Positions 17,933-29,404 of a stretch of 64,000 bases of DNA are shown piece after piece. Every line of letters starts with the position of its first letter. Position 1 is the first letter of the stretch. The DNA comes from Actinomycetales bacterium (lineage in GTDB: Bacteria > Actinomycetota > Actinomycetes > S36-B12 > UBA5976), in assembly GCA_027484085.1 (NCBI GenBank), contig JAIXQF010000004.1, positions 70,162 through 134,161 on the forward strand. Reading direction: 5' to 3'. The notes under the pieces were generated by a model. It had not been told where the DNA came from and did not search any database. It saw nothing but the letters and a program-made list of their open reading frames with translations. The translations under genes were made by a program, and so were the position numbers.

Positions 17933-20491
17933 TTACGCCTCTTCCCCAGGGTTGGCATCTTGCACGGCGACTTCTTCCTCTTCAGTGACAGCAGGTTCTA
18001 TTGAAACTTCTACGCTATCTAGAGCAGCCATGGAAGCAGCGCTGCTGCGAGCTACTGCGACGACTTGCTCGTCATCCCCCACCTTCATGAAGCCAACGCC
18101 CATGGTGTCGCGGCCGGCAGCCCGAATTTCATCCACACGAGTTCGGATAACAACTCCATTGCTGGCGATTGCGAAAATCTCATCGTCCGCTGCGCAGATT
18201 AACGCCCCAGCTAAGCCGCCACGTTTTTCGACTAGACGCATTGCGCGAACACCTTGGGTGCCTCGACCCTTTGCGTTCCATTCTTCGATCGAAGTGCGCT
18301 TTGCCCAACCACCTTCAGTGACAGTTACCACGAAGGAGTCTGCAGTAGCTACTTCCATTTTCAGCAAGTAGTCATCTTCTGACTTGAATCTGATTCCGAT
18401 AACACCACCGGCAGTTCGTCCCATTGGACGAAGTGTGGCATCGTCTGCATGGCATCGAACCGAGTAACCCATTTTCGAAACCAGCAGTAAGTCATCTTCA
18501 TCATTAACGAGTTGAGCAGAAACTACATCGTCTTCTTCGCGAAGAGTTATCGCAACTAAACCTGTGCTACGCGATGAATCGTAATCAGACAATCTTGATT
18601 TCTTGATTACACCATTTCTAGTGGCTAGTACCAGATACTTCGCCTGGCTGTAGTCCTGGAGATCTTGAACTTCAACTACCTGCTCTTCTGGAGCTAGAGA
18701 CAATAGGTTCGCGACGTGTTGTCCACGTGCATCTCGACCGGTATCTGTAAGTTCATAGGCCTTAACCCGGAATACTCGTCCCCGATTTGTGAAGAACAAA
18801 ATCCAGTGATGAGTTGTCGTTACGAAGAAATTGGTAACCACATCATCTTGCTTAAGAGCAGCACCCTTAACACCACGCCCGCCACGCTTTTGGGATCGGT
18901 ACAGCGCAGCCTTAGTGCGTTTGATGTAACCATCTGCCGAAAGAGTTACCACGATTGGTTCAACTGCGATCAGGTCTTCATGTGTGACATCGTTTTCATC
19001 GGCAACGATCGTAGATCGTCGTTCATCACCAAACTTGTTAACGATGTCTGCTAACTCTTCGCTCACGATACTTCTTTGGCGAGTGAGATTCGAAAGAATA
19101 TCTTTGTAATCGGCGATCTCTGCCATCAATTTATCGTGCTGAGTTTGCAGTTCGTTGCGTTCAAGTGCGGCAAGTTTGCGCAGCTGCATATCGAGAATCG
19201 CTTGGGCTTGAATTTCATCGATATCAAGAAGTTTCATCAACCCTGCTTGCGCAACTGACGCTGACTCTGATGCGCGAATTAGTGCGATGACTTCATCAAT
19301 GCGATCGATTGCCTTTAGCAAGCCGATCAAAATGTGTACGCGTTCTTCGGCTATGCGAAGGCGGTAAGCAGTTCTGCGTTGAATGACCTCGACCTGGTGT
19401 TCAATCCAGTTGGTTACAAAGGCGTCGAGAGTTAAGGTTCGTGGTACACCGTCAACAAGTGCCAGCATGTTTGCGCCGAAGTTATCTTGTAACTGCGTGT
19501 ACTTGAACAAGTTGTTCAGAACAACCTTCGGCACGGCATCCCGCTTTAGAACTACGACAATGCGCATACCGGTGCGTGATGAACTTTCGTCTACCAAGTC
19601 TGCGATGCCGCCGACTTTGCCTTGCTCGACTAGTTCGGCAATGCGTTCAAGTAGGTTGTCTGGATTAACTTGGTATGGCAACTGAGTGATTGCGATAATC
19701 GTGCGCCCGCGCTTATCTTCAGCAATCTCTGTGACGGCGCGCATAGTGATCGACCCACGGCCAGTGCGATATGCATCCTGAATGCCTCGGCGCCCAACAA
19801 TTAGTCCGCCAGTTGGAAAGTCTGGACCGCTAATTCGTTCCATTAAGGCTTCAAGAAGTTCTTCGCGCGTGGCATCTGGATGATCTAATGCCCATTGCAC
19901 ACCAGCAGCTACCTCGGTGAGGTTGTGAGGCGGAATGTTGGTCGCCATACCAACTGCAATACCTGAGGAGCCATTTACCAAAAGGTTTGGGAAGCGACTT
20001 GGTAGAACGGTTGGTTCAAGGTTCTTGCCGTCATAGTTTGGCGTAAAGTCAACGGTTTCTTGGTCGATGTCTCGCACCATTTCCATGGCAAGTTGAGCCA
20101 TGCGAACTTCGGTGTATCGCGAGGCCGCAGCAGAGTCGTTACCAGGTGAGCCAAAGTTTCCTTGACCTTGTGCAAGTGGATAACGAAGGGACCAGGCCTG
20201 AGTTAATCGAACTAAGGTGTCATAAATCGCGCTGTCACCATGTGGGTGGTACTGACCCATGACTTCACCGACCACACGCGCGCTTTTGTTAAATGCCCGA
20301 TCTGGGCGGTATCCACCGTCATACATTGCATAAATAACACGGCGGTGGACCGGCTTTAGACCATCGCGCACATCTGGCAAAGCACGCGAGACGATCACGC
20401 TCATCGCGTAGTTAAGGTACGACCTTTGCATTTCAACATTAAGGTCAACGATTTCGATTTGATCGTGAGTTGAATCATTAATTTCAGTCAT
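17933..20491 (-). CDS. gyrA: DNA gyrase subunit A
   Basis: 852 aa with the [16 protein letters not shown] region, catalytic-Tyr context AASRYTE, and C-terminal beta-pinwheel repeats. The start shares 1 nt with the gyrB stop (TAATG). Confidence 0.97.
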   Translation of the reverse strand: MTEINDSTHDQIEIVDLNVEMQRSYLNYAMSVIVSRALPDVRDGLKPVHRRVIYAMYDGGYRPDRAFNKSARVVGEVMGQYHPHGDSAIYDTLVRLTQAWSLRYPLAQGQGNFGSPGNDSAAASRYTEVRMAQLAMEMVRDIDQETVDFTPNYDGKNLEPTVLPSRFPNLLVNGSSGIAVGMATNIPPHNLTEVAAGVQWALDHPDATREELLEALMERISGPDFPTGGLIVGRRGIQDAYRTGRGSITMRAVTEIAEDKRGRTIIAITQLPYQVNPDNLLERIAELVEQGKVGGIADLVDESSSRTGMRIVVVLKRDAVPKVVLNNLFKYTQLQDNFGANMLALVDGVPRTLTLDAFVTNWIEHQVEVIQRRTAYRLRIAEERVHILIGLLKAIDRIDEVIALIRASESASVAQAGLMKLLDIDEIQAQAILDMQLRKLAALERNELQTQHDKLMAEIADYKDILSNLTRQRSIVSEELADIVNKFGDERRSTIVADENDVTHEDLIAVEPIVVTLSADGYIKRTKAALYRSQKRGGRGVKGAALKQDDVVTNFFVTTTHHWILFFTNRGRVFRVKAYELTDTGRDARGQHVANLLSLAPEEQVVEVQDLQDYSQAKYLVLATRNGVIKKSRLSDYDSSRSTGLVAITLREEDDVVSAQLVNDEDDLLLVSKMGYSVRCHADDATLRPMGRTAGGVIGIRFKSEDDYLLKMEVATADSFVVTVTEGGWAKRTSIEEWNAKGRGTQGVRAMRLVEKRGGLAGALICAADDEIFAIASNGVVIRTRVDEIRAAGRDTMGVGFMKVGDDEQVVAVARSSAASMAALDSVEVSIEPAVTEEEEVAVQDANPGEEA

Positions 20492-22458
20492 TAGATGTCC
20501 AAGAACCGCACGTCATGTGCATTGCGTTGAATAAAGTTGCGTCGGCTCTCGACGTCTTCGCCCATAAGGGTTGAGAAAAGTTGATCCGCTTGAGCTGCGT
20601 CATCAACCGAAACTTGCAACAAAACTCGAGTTGCTGGATCCATTGTGGTTTCCCAAAGTTCTTCGGCATTCATTTCACCAAGACCTTTGTAGCGCTGGAT
20701 GTCTTCGGAACGAAGCTTCTTGCCAGCAGCTAATCCAACTTCAACTATTTGGTCGCGTTGTTTGTCTGAGTACGCATAGCCAGGAGCTTCGCGCGACCAC
20801 TTGACTTTATAAAGCGGCGGCTGCGCAACATAAACATATCCACCATCAACAAGCGGACGCATGTAACGGAATAAGAAAGTCAAAAGCAAGGTGCGGATGT
20901 GTTGACCGTCAACGTCAGCATCGGCCATCAAAACTAATTTGTGGTAACGCAATTTGTTGATGTCGAATTCATCTTGAATGCCGGTGCCGAAGGCGGAGAT
21001 GATTGCTTGTACTTCGGTGTTAGCAAGAACGCGATCAATTCTCGTTTTCTCAACGTTCAGAATTTTTCCACGAATTGGCAAAATCGCCTGAGTGCGTGGA
21101 TCTCTTCCCTGGCCGGCTGAGCCACCTGCAGAGTCACCTTCAACAATGAAAACTTCACACTCAGAAGGTTCGTTACTTGAACAATCCTTTAGTTTTCCTG
21201 GCAAACTGCTGCTACCGAGTAAACCCTTGCGGTTACGGGCCAGGTCACGGGCTTTGCGTGCTGCTAGCCGTGCAGTAGCTGCCTGTAAAGATTTGCGAGC
21301 AATGTCCTTACCTTGGGCTGGATTTTTCTCAAACCATGCAGCTAGTTCTTCGTTAACAACTTTTTGTACAAATGCTTTGGCTTCAGTGTTTCCAAGTTTG
21401 GTTTTTGTTTGCCCTTCAAACTGAGGTTCGTGAAGCTTGATCGAAACAATTGCAGTAAGTCCTTCACGCACATCTTCGCCCGAAAGATTTGTATCTTTTT
21501 CTTTTAGGATGCTCCACTCGCGCGCAAACTTATTTACTAGTGAGGTAAGTGCAGTACGAAAACCTTCTTCATGCGTTCCGCCCTCGATGGTATTGATTGT
21601 GTTTGCGAAAGAATAAACCGATTCGGTGTAGCTGCTATTCCATTGCATAGCAACTTCAAGACTTAGTCCACGGTTTGTGTCCTCAGAGAAAAATTCGACA
21701 ACATCATTGTGAATCGGAGTCTTGCGCGCATTTAAGTGACGAACGAAATCGGTGATGCCACCTTCGTACATGTAAGTAACGCTGCGCGGGCCATCAACTT
21801 TTGGTTCGCCGGTTTCTTCGTCAATGATTAATCCGGCCGAAATTCTTTCGTCGGTAAGTGAGAGAGTTAGACCGCGATTTAGAAATGCCATTTCTTGGAA
21901 ACGACGAGACAAAGTTTCAAAATCATAAACCGTGGTTTCGAAGATGTCTCCATCTGCCCAAAACGTAACCGTAGTTCCAGTTATATCGGTTTTGCCGCCC
22001 TTCTTTAAGGGAGCAACAGGAACGCCGTACTTGTATGACTGGGTGTGAATGAAACCTTCGCGTCTAACTTCAACATCCACATTTTTGGAAAGCGCATTTA
22101 CTACTGAGACACCCACGCCGTGAAGGCCACCGGATACTGCATATCCGCCGCCGCCAAACTTTCCGCCGGCATGAAGAACGGTAAGTACAACCTCAACGGC
22201 TGGTTTTCCTTCAGAAGGAACGATGTCTACAGGGATGCCACGGCCGTTGTCTACGACGCGGACGCCGCCATCTTGCAAAATTGTTACTTCGATATGGGTA
22301 CAGTGCCCAGCTAGGGCCTCGTCAACTGAGTTATCTACTACTTCGTAGACCAGGTGGTGTAGGCCTCTTTCACCGGTGGAACCGATGTACATTCCGGGGC
22401 GTTTTCTAACCGCATCTAGGCCTTCTAGGACCTGAATGGCACTGCCGTCATATGTCAC
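20491..22458 (-). CDS. gyrB: DNA gyrase subunit B
   Basis: GHKL ATPase motif [16 protein letters not shown], Toprim EGDSAGG, and PLxGKILNVE. Confidence 0.97.
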   Translation of the reverse strand: MTYDGSAIQVLEGLDAVRKRPGMYIGSTGERGLHHLVYEVVDNSVDEALAGHCTHIEVTILQDGGVRVVDNGRGIPVDIVPSEGKPAVEVVLTVLHAGGKFGGGGYAVSGGLHGVGVSVVNALSKNVDVEVRREGFIHTQSYKYGVPVAPLKKGGKTDITGTTVTFWADGDIFETTVYDFETLSRRFQEMAFLNRGLTLSLTDERISAGLIIDEETGEPKVDGPRSVTYMYEGGITDFVRHLNARKTPIHNDVVEFFSEDTNRGLSLEVAMQWNSSYTESVYSFANTINTIEGGTHEEGFRTALTSLVNKFAREWSILKEKDTNLSGEDVREGLTAIVSIKLHEPQFEGQTKTKLGNTEAKAFVQKVVNEELAAWFEKNPAQGKDIARKSLQAATARLAARKARDLARNRKGLLGSSSLPGKLKDCSSNEPSECEVFIVEGDSAGGSAGQGRDPRTQAILPIRGKILNVEKTRIDRVLANTEVQAIISAFGTGIQDEFDINKLRYHKLVLMADADVDGQHIRTLLLTFLFRYMRPLVDGGYVYVAQPPLYKVKWSREAPGYAYSDKQRDQIVEVGLAAGKKLRSEDIQRYKGLGEMNAEELWETTMDPATRVLLQVSVDDAAQADQLFSTLMGEDVESRRNFIQRNAHDVRFLDI

Positions 22459-22579
22459 TTTTTGGGCCTTTCCTCGAGCGTTGTTGGCACCTGAAGGTCA
22501 GACCCTAAATTGGGAGTTTTTCAGGCGCGCTAGTGCCTCTAATCCTATCTGTTTATTGAATTTTTTGGGAGTCGGGGTA

Positions 22580-23089
22580 CTACCCGTAGGTATCCCTTGG
22601 GCCGCGTCCAGGGACACTTCGTTGCCCATGTTTCCAGGATGGCGCGGTGGGTCCTAGCACTTTAATTTCGCTGATTCTCCCCGCGCCGATTTCCTCGCCT
22701 AAGCGCTCTGAGATTGTTGGTAGAAGTAACCGAATTTGGGTCGCCCAAGCACTTGATTCAGCTCGCAGAATTAAAGTTCCAGATTGGCCACTTGGATCTA
22801 GATCAAACGACTCAATTTTTACGTGACTAGCGACATCGTGGCCCACAATAAGACCCCATTGTCCGTGCAGTCGACCAGTTGCAACCTGTAAGTCCCAGCC
22901 TTTGCTAATGATTAAGCGGTCTATTAGCCCAGCTAGTTTTGCTGGATCGCGTTCATCTGGGCCCGCGCCACTTCTTTGTTCATCGTAAACATTGCTATTT
23001 CGATTTTTGCGCGCGGGCGTGGTTGTAGTTCGGACCCTAGCTCTACTGAGCAATGACCGCAGGAATTCTTGTTGAGGTTTATCTAACAC
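22580..23089 (-). CDS. dciA: DUF721 protein (DciA-like; Rv0004 position)
   Basis: 169-aa ORF between recF and gyrB with DUF721-like sequence (W..IVG..VA.H...ESFD...GTL.L.AESSAWATQIRLL). GTG start. Confidence 0.7.
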   Translation of the reverse strand: MLDKPQQEFLRSLLSRARVRTTTTPARKNRNSNVYDEQRSGAGPDERDPAKLAGLIDRLIISKGWDLQVATGRLHGQWGLIVGHDVASHVKIESFDLDPSGQSGTLILRAESSAWATQIRLLLPTISERLGEEIGAGRISEIKVLGPTAPSWKHGQRSVPGRGPRDTYG

Positions 23090-23093
23090 AGTG

Positions 23094-24194
23094 CTAGTTA
23101 TCCTCTAACAAAAGTTGGTTGCTCGGCAATCCTTTTGGAATATCTTCCAGTACTGCGGCCGTTATCAAGGTCTGTTCAACATCAGAAATTATTGAAATCA
23201 ATCGAGAGCGTCGGCGCTCATCGAGTTCAGCAAACACATCGTCCAAAATCAAAATTGGATCATCATCGTGTTCACGTAAAGTTTTAAACGCCGCTAATCG
23301 AAGTGCGATAGCAATTGACCAAGACTGGCCATGGGAAGCATATCCTTTTGCTGGCATTTCGCTTAGTTGAATGTCTAAATCATCTCGATGTGGACCAACT
23401 AGTGTTGCACCTCGATCTATCTCGTCTTTGTTGCGGTTTTCTAATTCAGATCTAAATATTTTTGCGATCTCGATTTTGTCTGTTGCTTCTACTGGTAACC
23501 AGCTGTTTGCATAACTCAAACTAAGCGGCTCGGTATCACCACTAATTTCAGCACCAAAATCTAAAATGTGTGGCTTAATTCGTTTGATGTTTTCTAACCG
23601 AGCCGAAATAATTTCAGCACCAACTTGAATTAGTTGCTCATCCCACGCATCTAGTGTTGCGCGCGCTTGGGCTGAAGGATTTCGCCGGCCTAAAGACTTC
23701 AAAAGTGTGTTGCGTTGTTTAAGAATTCTTTCGTAGTCACTTCTTGTATTTGAAAACTTTGGTGCTAGCGAAGTTGATAACTCGTCAATGAATCTTCTTC
23801 GCGCCGACGGCTCACCTTTTACTAGATCTAGATCTTCTGGTGAAAAAATTACAGTTGTTACCAAGCCGAGAATATCTTTTGGTTTAGTGAGCTGGTTTTT
23901 GTTTAGCGTAACTTTATTTGCACCCGGGTAATTGATTGTGAGTTCAACTTCGGCTTGCCGATTGTGTTTTGCCACGTTCGCGAAAATGCTCGCGGTGTTT
24001 TGCCCTTTGCGAATTAGCGGTGCGTCTTGTGAGACTCGGTGGCTGCCCAGAGTTGCAAGATAGTGAACTGCTTCAACAATGTTTGTTTTACCGCGGCCGT
24101 TACGGCCAATAATCGTTGTTGTTCCTGGTGTAAATGAGAGGTTTAAGCTTTCGTGATTGCGAAAGTTGCGCAGGGAAAGCTTTGATATCTGCAT
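23094..24194 (-). CDS. recF: DNA replication/repair protein RecF
   Basis: Walker A GRNGRGKTN, SMC-like signature and Walker B ILILDDVFAELD. Confidence 0.95.
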   Translation of the reverse strand: MQISKLSLRNFRNHESLNLSFTPGTTTIIGRNGRGKTNIVEAVHYLATLGSHRVSQDAPLIRKGQNTASIFANVAKHNRQAEVELTINYPGANKVTLNKNQLTKPKDILGLVTTVIFSPEDLDLVKGEPSARRRFIDELSTSLAPKFSNTRSDYERILKQRNTLLKSLGRRNPSAQARATLDAWDEQLIQVGAEIISARLENIKRIKPHILDFGAEISGDTEPLSLSYANSWLPVEATDKIEIAKIFRSELENRNKDEIDRGATLVGPHRDDLDIQLSEMPAKGYASHGQSWSIAIALRLAAFKTLREHDDDPILILDDVFAELDERRRSRLISIISDVEQTLITAAVLEDIPKGLPSNQLLLEDN

Positions 24195-24225
24195 TATCTA
24201 ATGGTGCCGATTAACTTCTGCACTA

Positions 24226-25353
24226 TTACTGTTGCCGAATTGGCATCAACAAGTATTTGAAGCTGTCGTCAGGCTGTGCACCAAAATCAGCAGCACCTGA
24301 AATTACCGCTGGACGGATCGGTGTTGTCATGGAAACAACTGCCACCGAAGAGTCGATCGCACTTAAACCATCTAATAAGAATTGATAGTTGAACGCGATT
24401 GTTAACTCTTCACCAGTTAAAGTGCATTCGATAAATTCTTTTGCTTCAGCCAACTCGCCGCTTCCGCCGCCGCCAGTGATAACTGCTTCACCGTTCGTGA
24501 AATGAACGCGGATTGGAGCTTCACGTTCGAGTACTAATGAAACACGTTTTACAGATTCAGCTAGGGCGCTAGTGCTGATTTGTGCAACAGTTGTCGACTC
24601 AGTTGGGAGCAAGGTTTGGTACTTTGGAAAATCAGCTGCTAGTAAACGGCTTGTGGTTTGTCGTCCCGCTCCTTCAATCCCGATTAGGCCTTCGTTTCCG
24701 GTTGAGAACGCTAACGAGATTGATTCACTTTGTGAAAGTGACTTAGAGGATTCAGACAAGAACTTTGCCGGAACTAGTGCGTGGGTATTAATTGAGGTTG
24801 ATGTAGGTGACCAATTTAATTCGCGGACGGCTAAGCGGTATCTGTCTGTTGCCGCAAGAGTAATAACTGAACCTTCAACATCGATCTTCACGCCAGTGAA
24901 AGCAGGCAGTGTTTCATCTCTTGATGCAGCAATTGCTACTTGAGAAATTGCAGTTGCAAAGTCAGCTCCGGTAATAGTTCCACTTACGGCTGGCATGTTT
25001 GGAAGTGGTGGGTATTCCGCAACCGGCATTGTTGGGATTGTGAATGATGACCGGCCACATGAAATTTTGGCGCGGTTTCCTTCCACTGAAAAATCAATAG
25101 CTGCAGATGGTAAAGATCTTGTGATGTCAGCCAATAGGCGGCCAGGAATTAAAACAGTTCCAGTTTCAATTACGTCAGCTTTTAAGTTTGCACGCGCACT
25201 CGTATCGGCATCGCTGCCTGAAAGAATTAATCCGGATTTCTCGGCAGTTAAGTGCATGCCTGTTAATAGCGGCTGTGTTGACTTAGTTGGCAAAGTGCGT
25301 GAAGCCCACAACACTGCATCGGCCATAACGTCGCGATCTACTTGGAACTTCAC
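24226..25353 (-). CDS. dnaN: DNA polymerase III beta sliding clamp
   Basis: 375-aa three-domain clamp sequence. GTG start preceded by GAGGGTGAG. Conserved position after dnaA. Confidence 0.95.
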   Translation of the reverse strand: MKFQVDRDVMADAVLWASRTLPTKSTQPLLTGMHLTAEKSGLILSGSDADTSARANLKADVIETGTVLIPGRLLADITRSLPSAAIDFSVEGNRAKISCGRSSFTIPTMPVAEYPPLPNMPAVSGTITGADFATAISQVAIAASRDETLPAFTGVKIDVEGSVITLAATDRYRLAVRELNWSPTSTSINTHALVPAKFLSESSKSLSQSESISLAFSTGNEGLIGIEGAGRQTTSRLLAADFPKYQTLLPTESTTVAQISTSALAESVKRVSLVLEREAPIRVHFTNGEAVITGGGGSGELAEAKEFIECTLTGEELTIAFNYQFLLDGLSAIDSSVAVVSMTTPIRPAVISGAADFGAQPDDSFKYLLMPIRQQ

Positions 25354-25866
25354 TTACAACTCACCCTCTGGTGTCTCGATATCTAGAGTCTTTATCGTGC
25401 CATGTCTGGCTGACTTATTCAGCCACAGTCATTTCACTAAATAAACCAGTTAAAACTTGTGTCTTTCACCCAAACACTGGATCTATTCAAAGTTTTACCT
25501 TAATCACTGTTTTTCTTACCCTTTAGGCCAGAAATTAACCTGTAAACAGAGTTAACAACAGAGCTGGTCAAACCCAAGGTTTTAAATATATCTTTAGTAG
25601 CAGTAGTAGGCACTGTGGATTCTGTGGATAACCCATATTTCCTTTTAACCTAAAGACAAAACCAATACTTTTTCTGTGGATAACTTTTCTACTTATTAAC
25701 AGATAACCAGATCAACCTAAGTTATCCACAGTTATCCACAGAAAACCAAGGTTATTTCTCGTTAAACGCCAGAATCATCCACAAAACAACAAAAACCCAT
25801 AAAAAATAAGAAAGATATCCCCATAGTTATCCACACTGTGTATAGAAGTGACGGATGTTACTTAAG
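25354..25866. other. oriC (dnaA-dnaN intergenic replication origin)
   Basis: 513 bp non-coding region with five perfect TTATCCACA boxes (25623-31 and 25675-83 as the complement; 25722-30, 25732-40, 25827-35) plus imperfect boxes at 25614-22 and 25775-83. It also has an AT-rich tract and a TAG-trinucleotide run at 25580-25609. Confidence 0.85.
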
Positions 25867-27312
25867 TTACAAACCTCTGGCCTGGGCTTTAATTCGGGCG
25901 GTTAAGTCACTTACCTGGTTATACAAGCTCCGGCGCTCAGCAATCAGTTGGCGAACTTTCCGGTCTGCATGCATAACCGTGGTGTGGTCACGTCCACCGA
26001 ATTGCTGCCCAATTTTCGGAAGCGACAAATCAGTAAGTTCACGACACAAATACATAGCAATCTGTCGTGCGGTAACCAGAACTCGAGAGCGGCTAGCACC
26101 AGTTAAGTCATCTAGTGAAACACCAAAGTAACTAGCGGTTTGAGCCATGATCAAACTTGCACTAATTTCCGGCCCAGCAGCATCCGAAACCAAGTCCTTT
26201 AGAACATCCCCGGCCAAATCCAAATCAACAGCTGCCCGGTTCAAGCTGGCAAACGCTGTCACACGAATTAGCGCACCCTCAAGTTCACGAATATTTGTCG
26301 ACATTTTAGAAGCGATAAATTCCAAAACTTCTGGCGGAGCGCTAAGTCTTTCTTGCGCACTCTTCTTTCGCAAAATTGCAATACGGGTTTCAAGATCGGG
26401 TGGCTGAACGTCAGTTATCAAACCCCACTCAAAACGTGAGCTCATACGATCTTCGAAACCTTGAAGTTGTTTAGGTGGCAAATCAGAGGTAACAACTATT
26501 TGTTTGTTTGCGTTATGCAAAGTATTAAACGTGTGGAAGAACTCTTCTTGAGTCTGAACTTTTCCAGAAAGGAACTGGATATCGTCAACGAGCAAAACGT
26601 CAATATCCCTATAACGACGCTGGAATTCCTTAGCTTTATCGTCTCGAATCGAATTAATGAATTCGTTAGTGAACTCTTCTGAACTTACGTATCTAACTTT
26701 CGATCCGGCATAAAGAGTTCTGGTGTAGTGACCAATTGCGTGAAGTAGGTGCGTCTTTCCAAGACCAGATTCACCGTATACAAAGAGCGGGTTGTATGCC
26801 TTTGCAGGTTGTTCCGCTACTGCGCGAGCTGCAGCGTGAGCAAATCGATTAGAAGACCCAGGCACAAAAGTGTCGAAAGTATATTTCGGATTTAGTCGAC
26901 TTCCTTCTTCCGAAGTACGAGGAGCAGGTGCGGGACCACGACTAGCCTGCGGCGGCAAAGCTGGGTTTGGATCTGACTGCAATCCAATTGGTTCAATGTC
27001 GGCATAAGTAGAGTCAGCTAACTCGTCAGTTGCTTCGTCATCCAAGTCTGGAGCGATTGATTCATCTACAGTTACCGCAAGACGCATTTCGCGACCCAGG
27101 GTTGCTGAAAGTGCATCACAAACAATTGGGCTGAGGCGACTTTCTAAAACATCTTTAGTGAATTCATTTGGAGCAGCTACTAGGGCGGTATCGCCGACAA
27201 TTCCAAGTGGGCGAGTAAGGGTCACAAAAGCGCGCTGCTGAGGAGTTAGTGCTCCGGAGGACAAAGACTCTAAAGTCCTTGCCCAAACCTCATTAAGGTC
27301 CAGATCTTCCAT
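25867..27312 (-). CDS. dnaA: Chromosomal replication initiator DnaA
   Basis: Walker A GESGLGKTHLL, Walker B LLVDDIQF and the C-terminal DNA-binding domain (DHTTVMHA). I chose the ATG at 27312, preceded by AAGGAGTGAG; the ORF-track start at 27360 adds 16 unsupported codons. Confidence 0.95.
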   Translation of the reverse strand: MEDLDLNEVWARTLESLSSGALTPQQRAFVTLTRPLGIVGDTALVAAPNEFTKDVLESRLSPIVCDALSATLGREMRLAVTVDESIAPDLDDEATDELADSTYADIEPIGLQSDPNPALPPQASRGPAPAPRTSEEGSRLNPKYTFDTFVPGSSNRFAHAAARAVAEQPAKAYNPLFVYGESGLGKTHLLHAIGHYTRTLYAGSKVRYVSSEEFTNEFINSIRDDKAKEFQRRYRDIDVLLVDDIQFLSGKVQTQEEFFHTFNTLHNANKQIVVTSDLPPKQLQGFEDRMSSRFEWGLITDVQPPDLETRIAILRKKSAQERLSAPPEVLEFIASKMSTNIRELEGALIRVTAFASLNRAAVDLDLAGDVLKDLVSDAAGPEISASLIMAQTASYFGVSLDDLTGASRSRVLVTARQIAMYLCRELTDLSLPKIGQQFGGRDHTTVMHADRKVRQLIAERRSLYNQVSDLTARIKAQARGL

Positions 27313-27352
27313 CTCACTCCTTGAGTCCAAGTGTGCAGTTGGGGGAACAATG

Positions 27353-27418
27353 ATTTCCACAGGCTTGGACTATGCAGACTACGGCCTGTGGATACCTACT
27401 GACAAGTTGTTTTCCACA
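27353..27418. promoter_or_regulatory. Three imperfect DnaA boxes in the dnaA/rpmH divergent promoter region
   Basis: ATTTCCACA 27353-61, TGTGGATAC 27387-95 (complement GTATCCACA) and TTTTCCACA 27410-18. All three are flanked by GG (T[TA]TCCACAGG). Confidence 0.5.
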
Positions 27419-27584
27419 GGAAATTGAATCTAAATTTGAGTTTGACCGAAACTAGTAATTACCCGTATCTTTAAGAAGTTAATACCGAGTTCGATGTGCA
27501 CTTCGTCGAATGTTCACGAGCCAAAAACTCGTGGATGTCCGATGGCCAATCGCCTCATCCCTACTTCCTTTTGGAGTGTCTCCT

Positions 27585-27722
27585 ATGTCAAAGCGCACCT
27601 ACCAGCCAAATAAGCGTCGTCGTGCCAAAAAACACGGATTCCGTAACCGCATGAGCACTCGCGCTGGACGTGGCATTCTTGCTTCACGCCGAGCAAAAGG
27701 TCGCTCAAAGCTTTCCGCCTAA
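27585..27722 (+). CDS. rpmH: 50S ribosomal protein L34
   Basis: [51 protein letters not shown] upstream. The ORF-track N-terminal extension was rejected. Confidence 0.95.
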   Translation: MSKRTYQPNKRRRAKKHGFRNRMSTRAGRGILASRRAKGRSKLSA

Positions 27723-27743
27723 TCTGGCTTCGGCTTAAAGTAA

Positions 27744-28079
27744 ATGCTTCCCGCCTCGGCGAGGTTGCGTAAGTCCTCGGAAATTTCAGCTGTTATGAAA
27801 TCAGGCACAAGGTTTTCAGCAAAATTGGTGGTTCTACACGTGGCTCAAAGTACAGACAAAGACACAAAAGTGGCCTTCGCTGTGGGTAAAAACGTCGGGA
27901 ATTCAGTAATTCGACACAGAGTTACTCGTCAATTAAGGCATGCAATTTCCCCACTTTTAAGCAATTTTCCTACTGGCTCTCACGTTGTGGTCCGTGCCCT
28001 ACCCGGCGCAAGCCAGGCCGACTTCGCTCAACTTTCCGAAAATCTTGAGTTCGCTCTTTCTAAACTGGCTAAGTCATGA
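27744..28079 (+). CDS. rnpA: RNase P protein component
   Basis: 111-aa basic protein following rpmH. RnpA-like motif [21 protein letters not shown]. Confidence 0.9.
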   Translation: MLPASARLRKSSEISAVMKSGTRFSAKLVVLHVAQSTDKDTKVAFAVGKNVGNSVIRHRVTRQLRHAISPLLSNFPTGSHVVVRALPGASQADFAQLSENLEFALSKLAKS

Positions 28080-28450
28080 AGCCTTACCGTGAGAACAAAG
28101 CTCAAAACCCGATCAGTTCCGTGATCAGATACGTTAATCATGCGTGGGACGCCTCAATCGGACGCCTTTTAGTACTTGCACTTGTGGGCTTGATCCGCGC
28201 CTACCAAATCTTGCTAAGTCCCAGAATCGGGCAAGTTTGTCGCTATTACCCAACTTGTTCCCATTACGGGCTACAAGCAGTAAAAGTTCATGGCGCCGGC
28301 AAAGGCAGCCTGTTGACAGCTTGGCGGGTCTTGCGCTGCAATCCTTGGTCCACTGGTGGGATCGATTACGTTCCAGCCAAAGGACTTTGGCCCAATACTA
28401 GAGTAATTGAAAATTCAACTAATAACGATAGGCAGGTTATTGGCGCATGA
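28076..28450 (+). CDS. yidD: Membrane protein insertion efficiency factor YidD
   Basis: Core [31 protein letters not shown] overlaps with both rnpA and yidC. An alternative GTG start at 28121 is possible. Confidence 0.85.
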   Translation: MKPYRENKAQNPISSVIRYVNHAWDASIGRLLVLALVGLIRAYQILLSPRIGQVCRYYPTCSHYGLQAVKVHGAGKGSLLTAWRVLRCNPWSTGGIDYVPAKGLWPNTRVIENSTNNDRQVIGA

Positions 28451-29352
28451 GCCTTAATCCATTGGTATGGCTAGAAACTCTTGTTAGTTGGGTTTTGGTT
28501 AAATTCCACTCCCTCACCTCTATGGTCTTTGCTGCAGATGGTGGTTGGGCCTGGGGCTTAGCAATTGTTTTGCTCGTTATCTTGATTCGTATTCTTTTGA
28601 TCCCACTCTTCGTTAAGCAGATCAAGAGCCAGCGCAATCTTCAGATCATCCAGCCGCAAGTTAAAGACATTCAGAAGAAGTACGCGGGCGATCGCGAACG
28701 TCAATCCCAAGAATTAATGAAGCTCTACAAGGAAACCGGTACGAACCCGCTTTCAAGTTGCTTGCCAATCTTGGCGCAGGCACCAATCTTCTATGCCTTG
28801 TTCGTTGTGCTGCAGGGCATCGCAATGAGCCAGCCAAAAGGCGTTCTCACCGACGAATTAATTGAGTCTGCTCGGAACGCATCAATTTTGGGCGCCCCGA
28901 TTTATGGCACATTTGTGAACCGTGGCGAAACCATAAACCCAACAACAACTTTCTGGGTGACCTTAGTTTTGATCATGCTTATGACGCTGACCTCATTCCT
29001 TACTCAGCGACAACTGATTGTTAAGAACACCGCGCCAGACAACCCAATGGTGCAACAGCAGAAAATTCTGCTTTATGTTTTCCCAGTGATTTTTGCGGTA
29101 ACTGGCATCAATTTCCCAATTGGTGTTTTGCTTTATTGGTTCACAACCAACCTTTGGACCATGGGACAACAGTTCTATGTCATCAGAAATAATCCCCAAC
29201 CAGACACTCCGGCTTGGCATGCACTTGAAGCCAGAAAAACCGGGAAGCAATTAAAGAAAAACCCTGAATCCGCGACTGCAATCGAGCCTGCACCAGAAGC
29301 AAAAGCTACTCGACAACAGCCAAAACGAAAGCCAAAAAAGAAGCGCAATTAG
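28447..29352 (+). CDS. yidC: Membrane protein insertase YidC
   Basis: 301 aa with a YidC/Oxa1 core ([39 protein letters not shown]-like, [15 protein letters not shown]) and a basic tail. Confidence 0.9.
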   Translation: MSLNPLVWLETLVSWVLVKFHSLTSMVFAADGGWAWGLAIVLLVILIRILLIPLFVKQIKSQRNLQIIQPQVKDIQKKYAGDRERQSQELMKLYKETGTNPLSSCLPILAQAPIFYALFVVLQGIAMSQPKGVLTDELIESARNASILGAPIYGTFVNRGETINPTTTFWVTLVLIMLMTLTSFLTQRQLIVKNTAPDNPMVQQQKILLYVFPVIFAVTGINFPIGVLLYWFTTNLWTMGQQFYVIRNNPQPDTPAWHALEARKTGKQLKKNPESATAIEPAPEAKATRQQPKRKPKKKRN

Positions 29353-29365
29353 TTTCACGTGAAAC
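29352..29365. other. parS centromere-like site 1
   Basis: Perfect 14-bp palindrome GTTTCACGTGAAAC. It overlaps the last base of the yidC stop codon. Confidence 0.85.
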
Positions 29366-29404
29366 AATCCCAAACAATTTTCCAAAACAGAAAGGCCCTA
29401 CAAA

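Noticed and set aside
20174-20182. DnaA-box-like AGTGGATAA inside gyrA. There is another weak match, ATATCCACT, at about 9013-9021.
   Set aside because: These are single isolated one- or two-mismatch 9-mers, one of them in coding sequence. Such matches are expected by chance in 64 kb.
14118-20491. Checked for inteins in DnaB and GyrA, which are common intein hosts in Actinobacteria.
   Set aside because: The protein lengths (454 aa and 852 aa) and uninterrupted motif order leave no room for an intein.
27313-27360. ORF-track N-terminal extensions of dnaA. The same issue applies to RidA up to 6043, rpmH from 27510, trxA up to 34138, ppiA from 52789, trpG up to 55990, pbpA up to 59234, rodA up to 60597 and fhaA up to 62966.
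   Set aside because: Internal starts have proper Shine-Dalgarno sequences or form the usual ATGA/GTGA coupling with the upstream gene. The extensions overlap neighbouring genes or terminators and add non-conserved residues.
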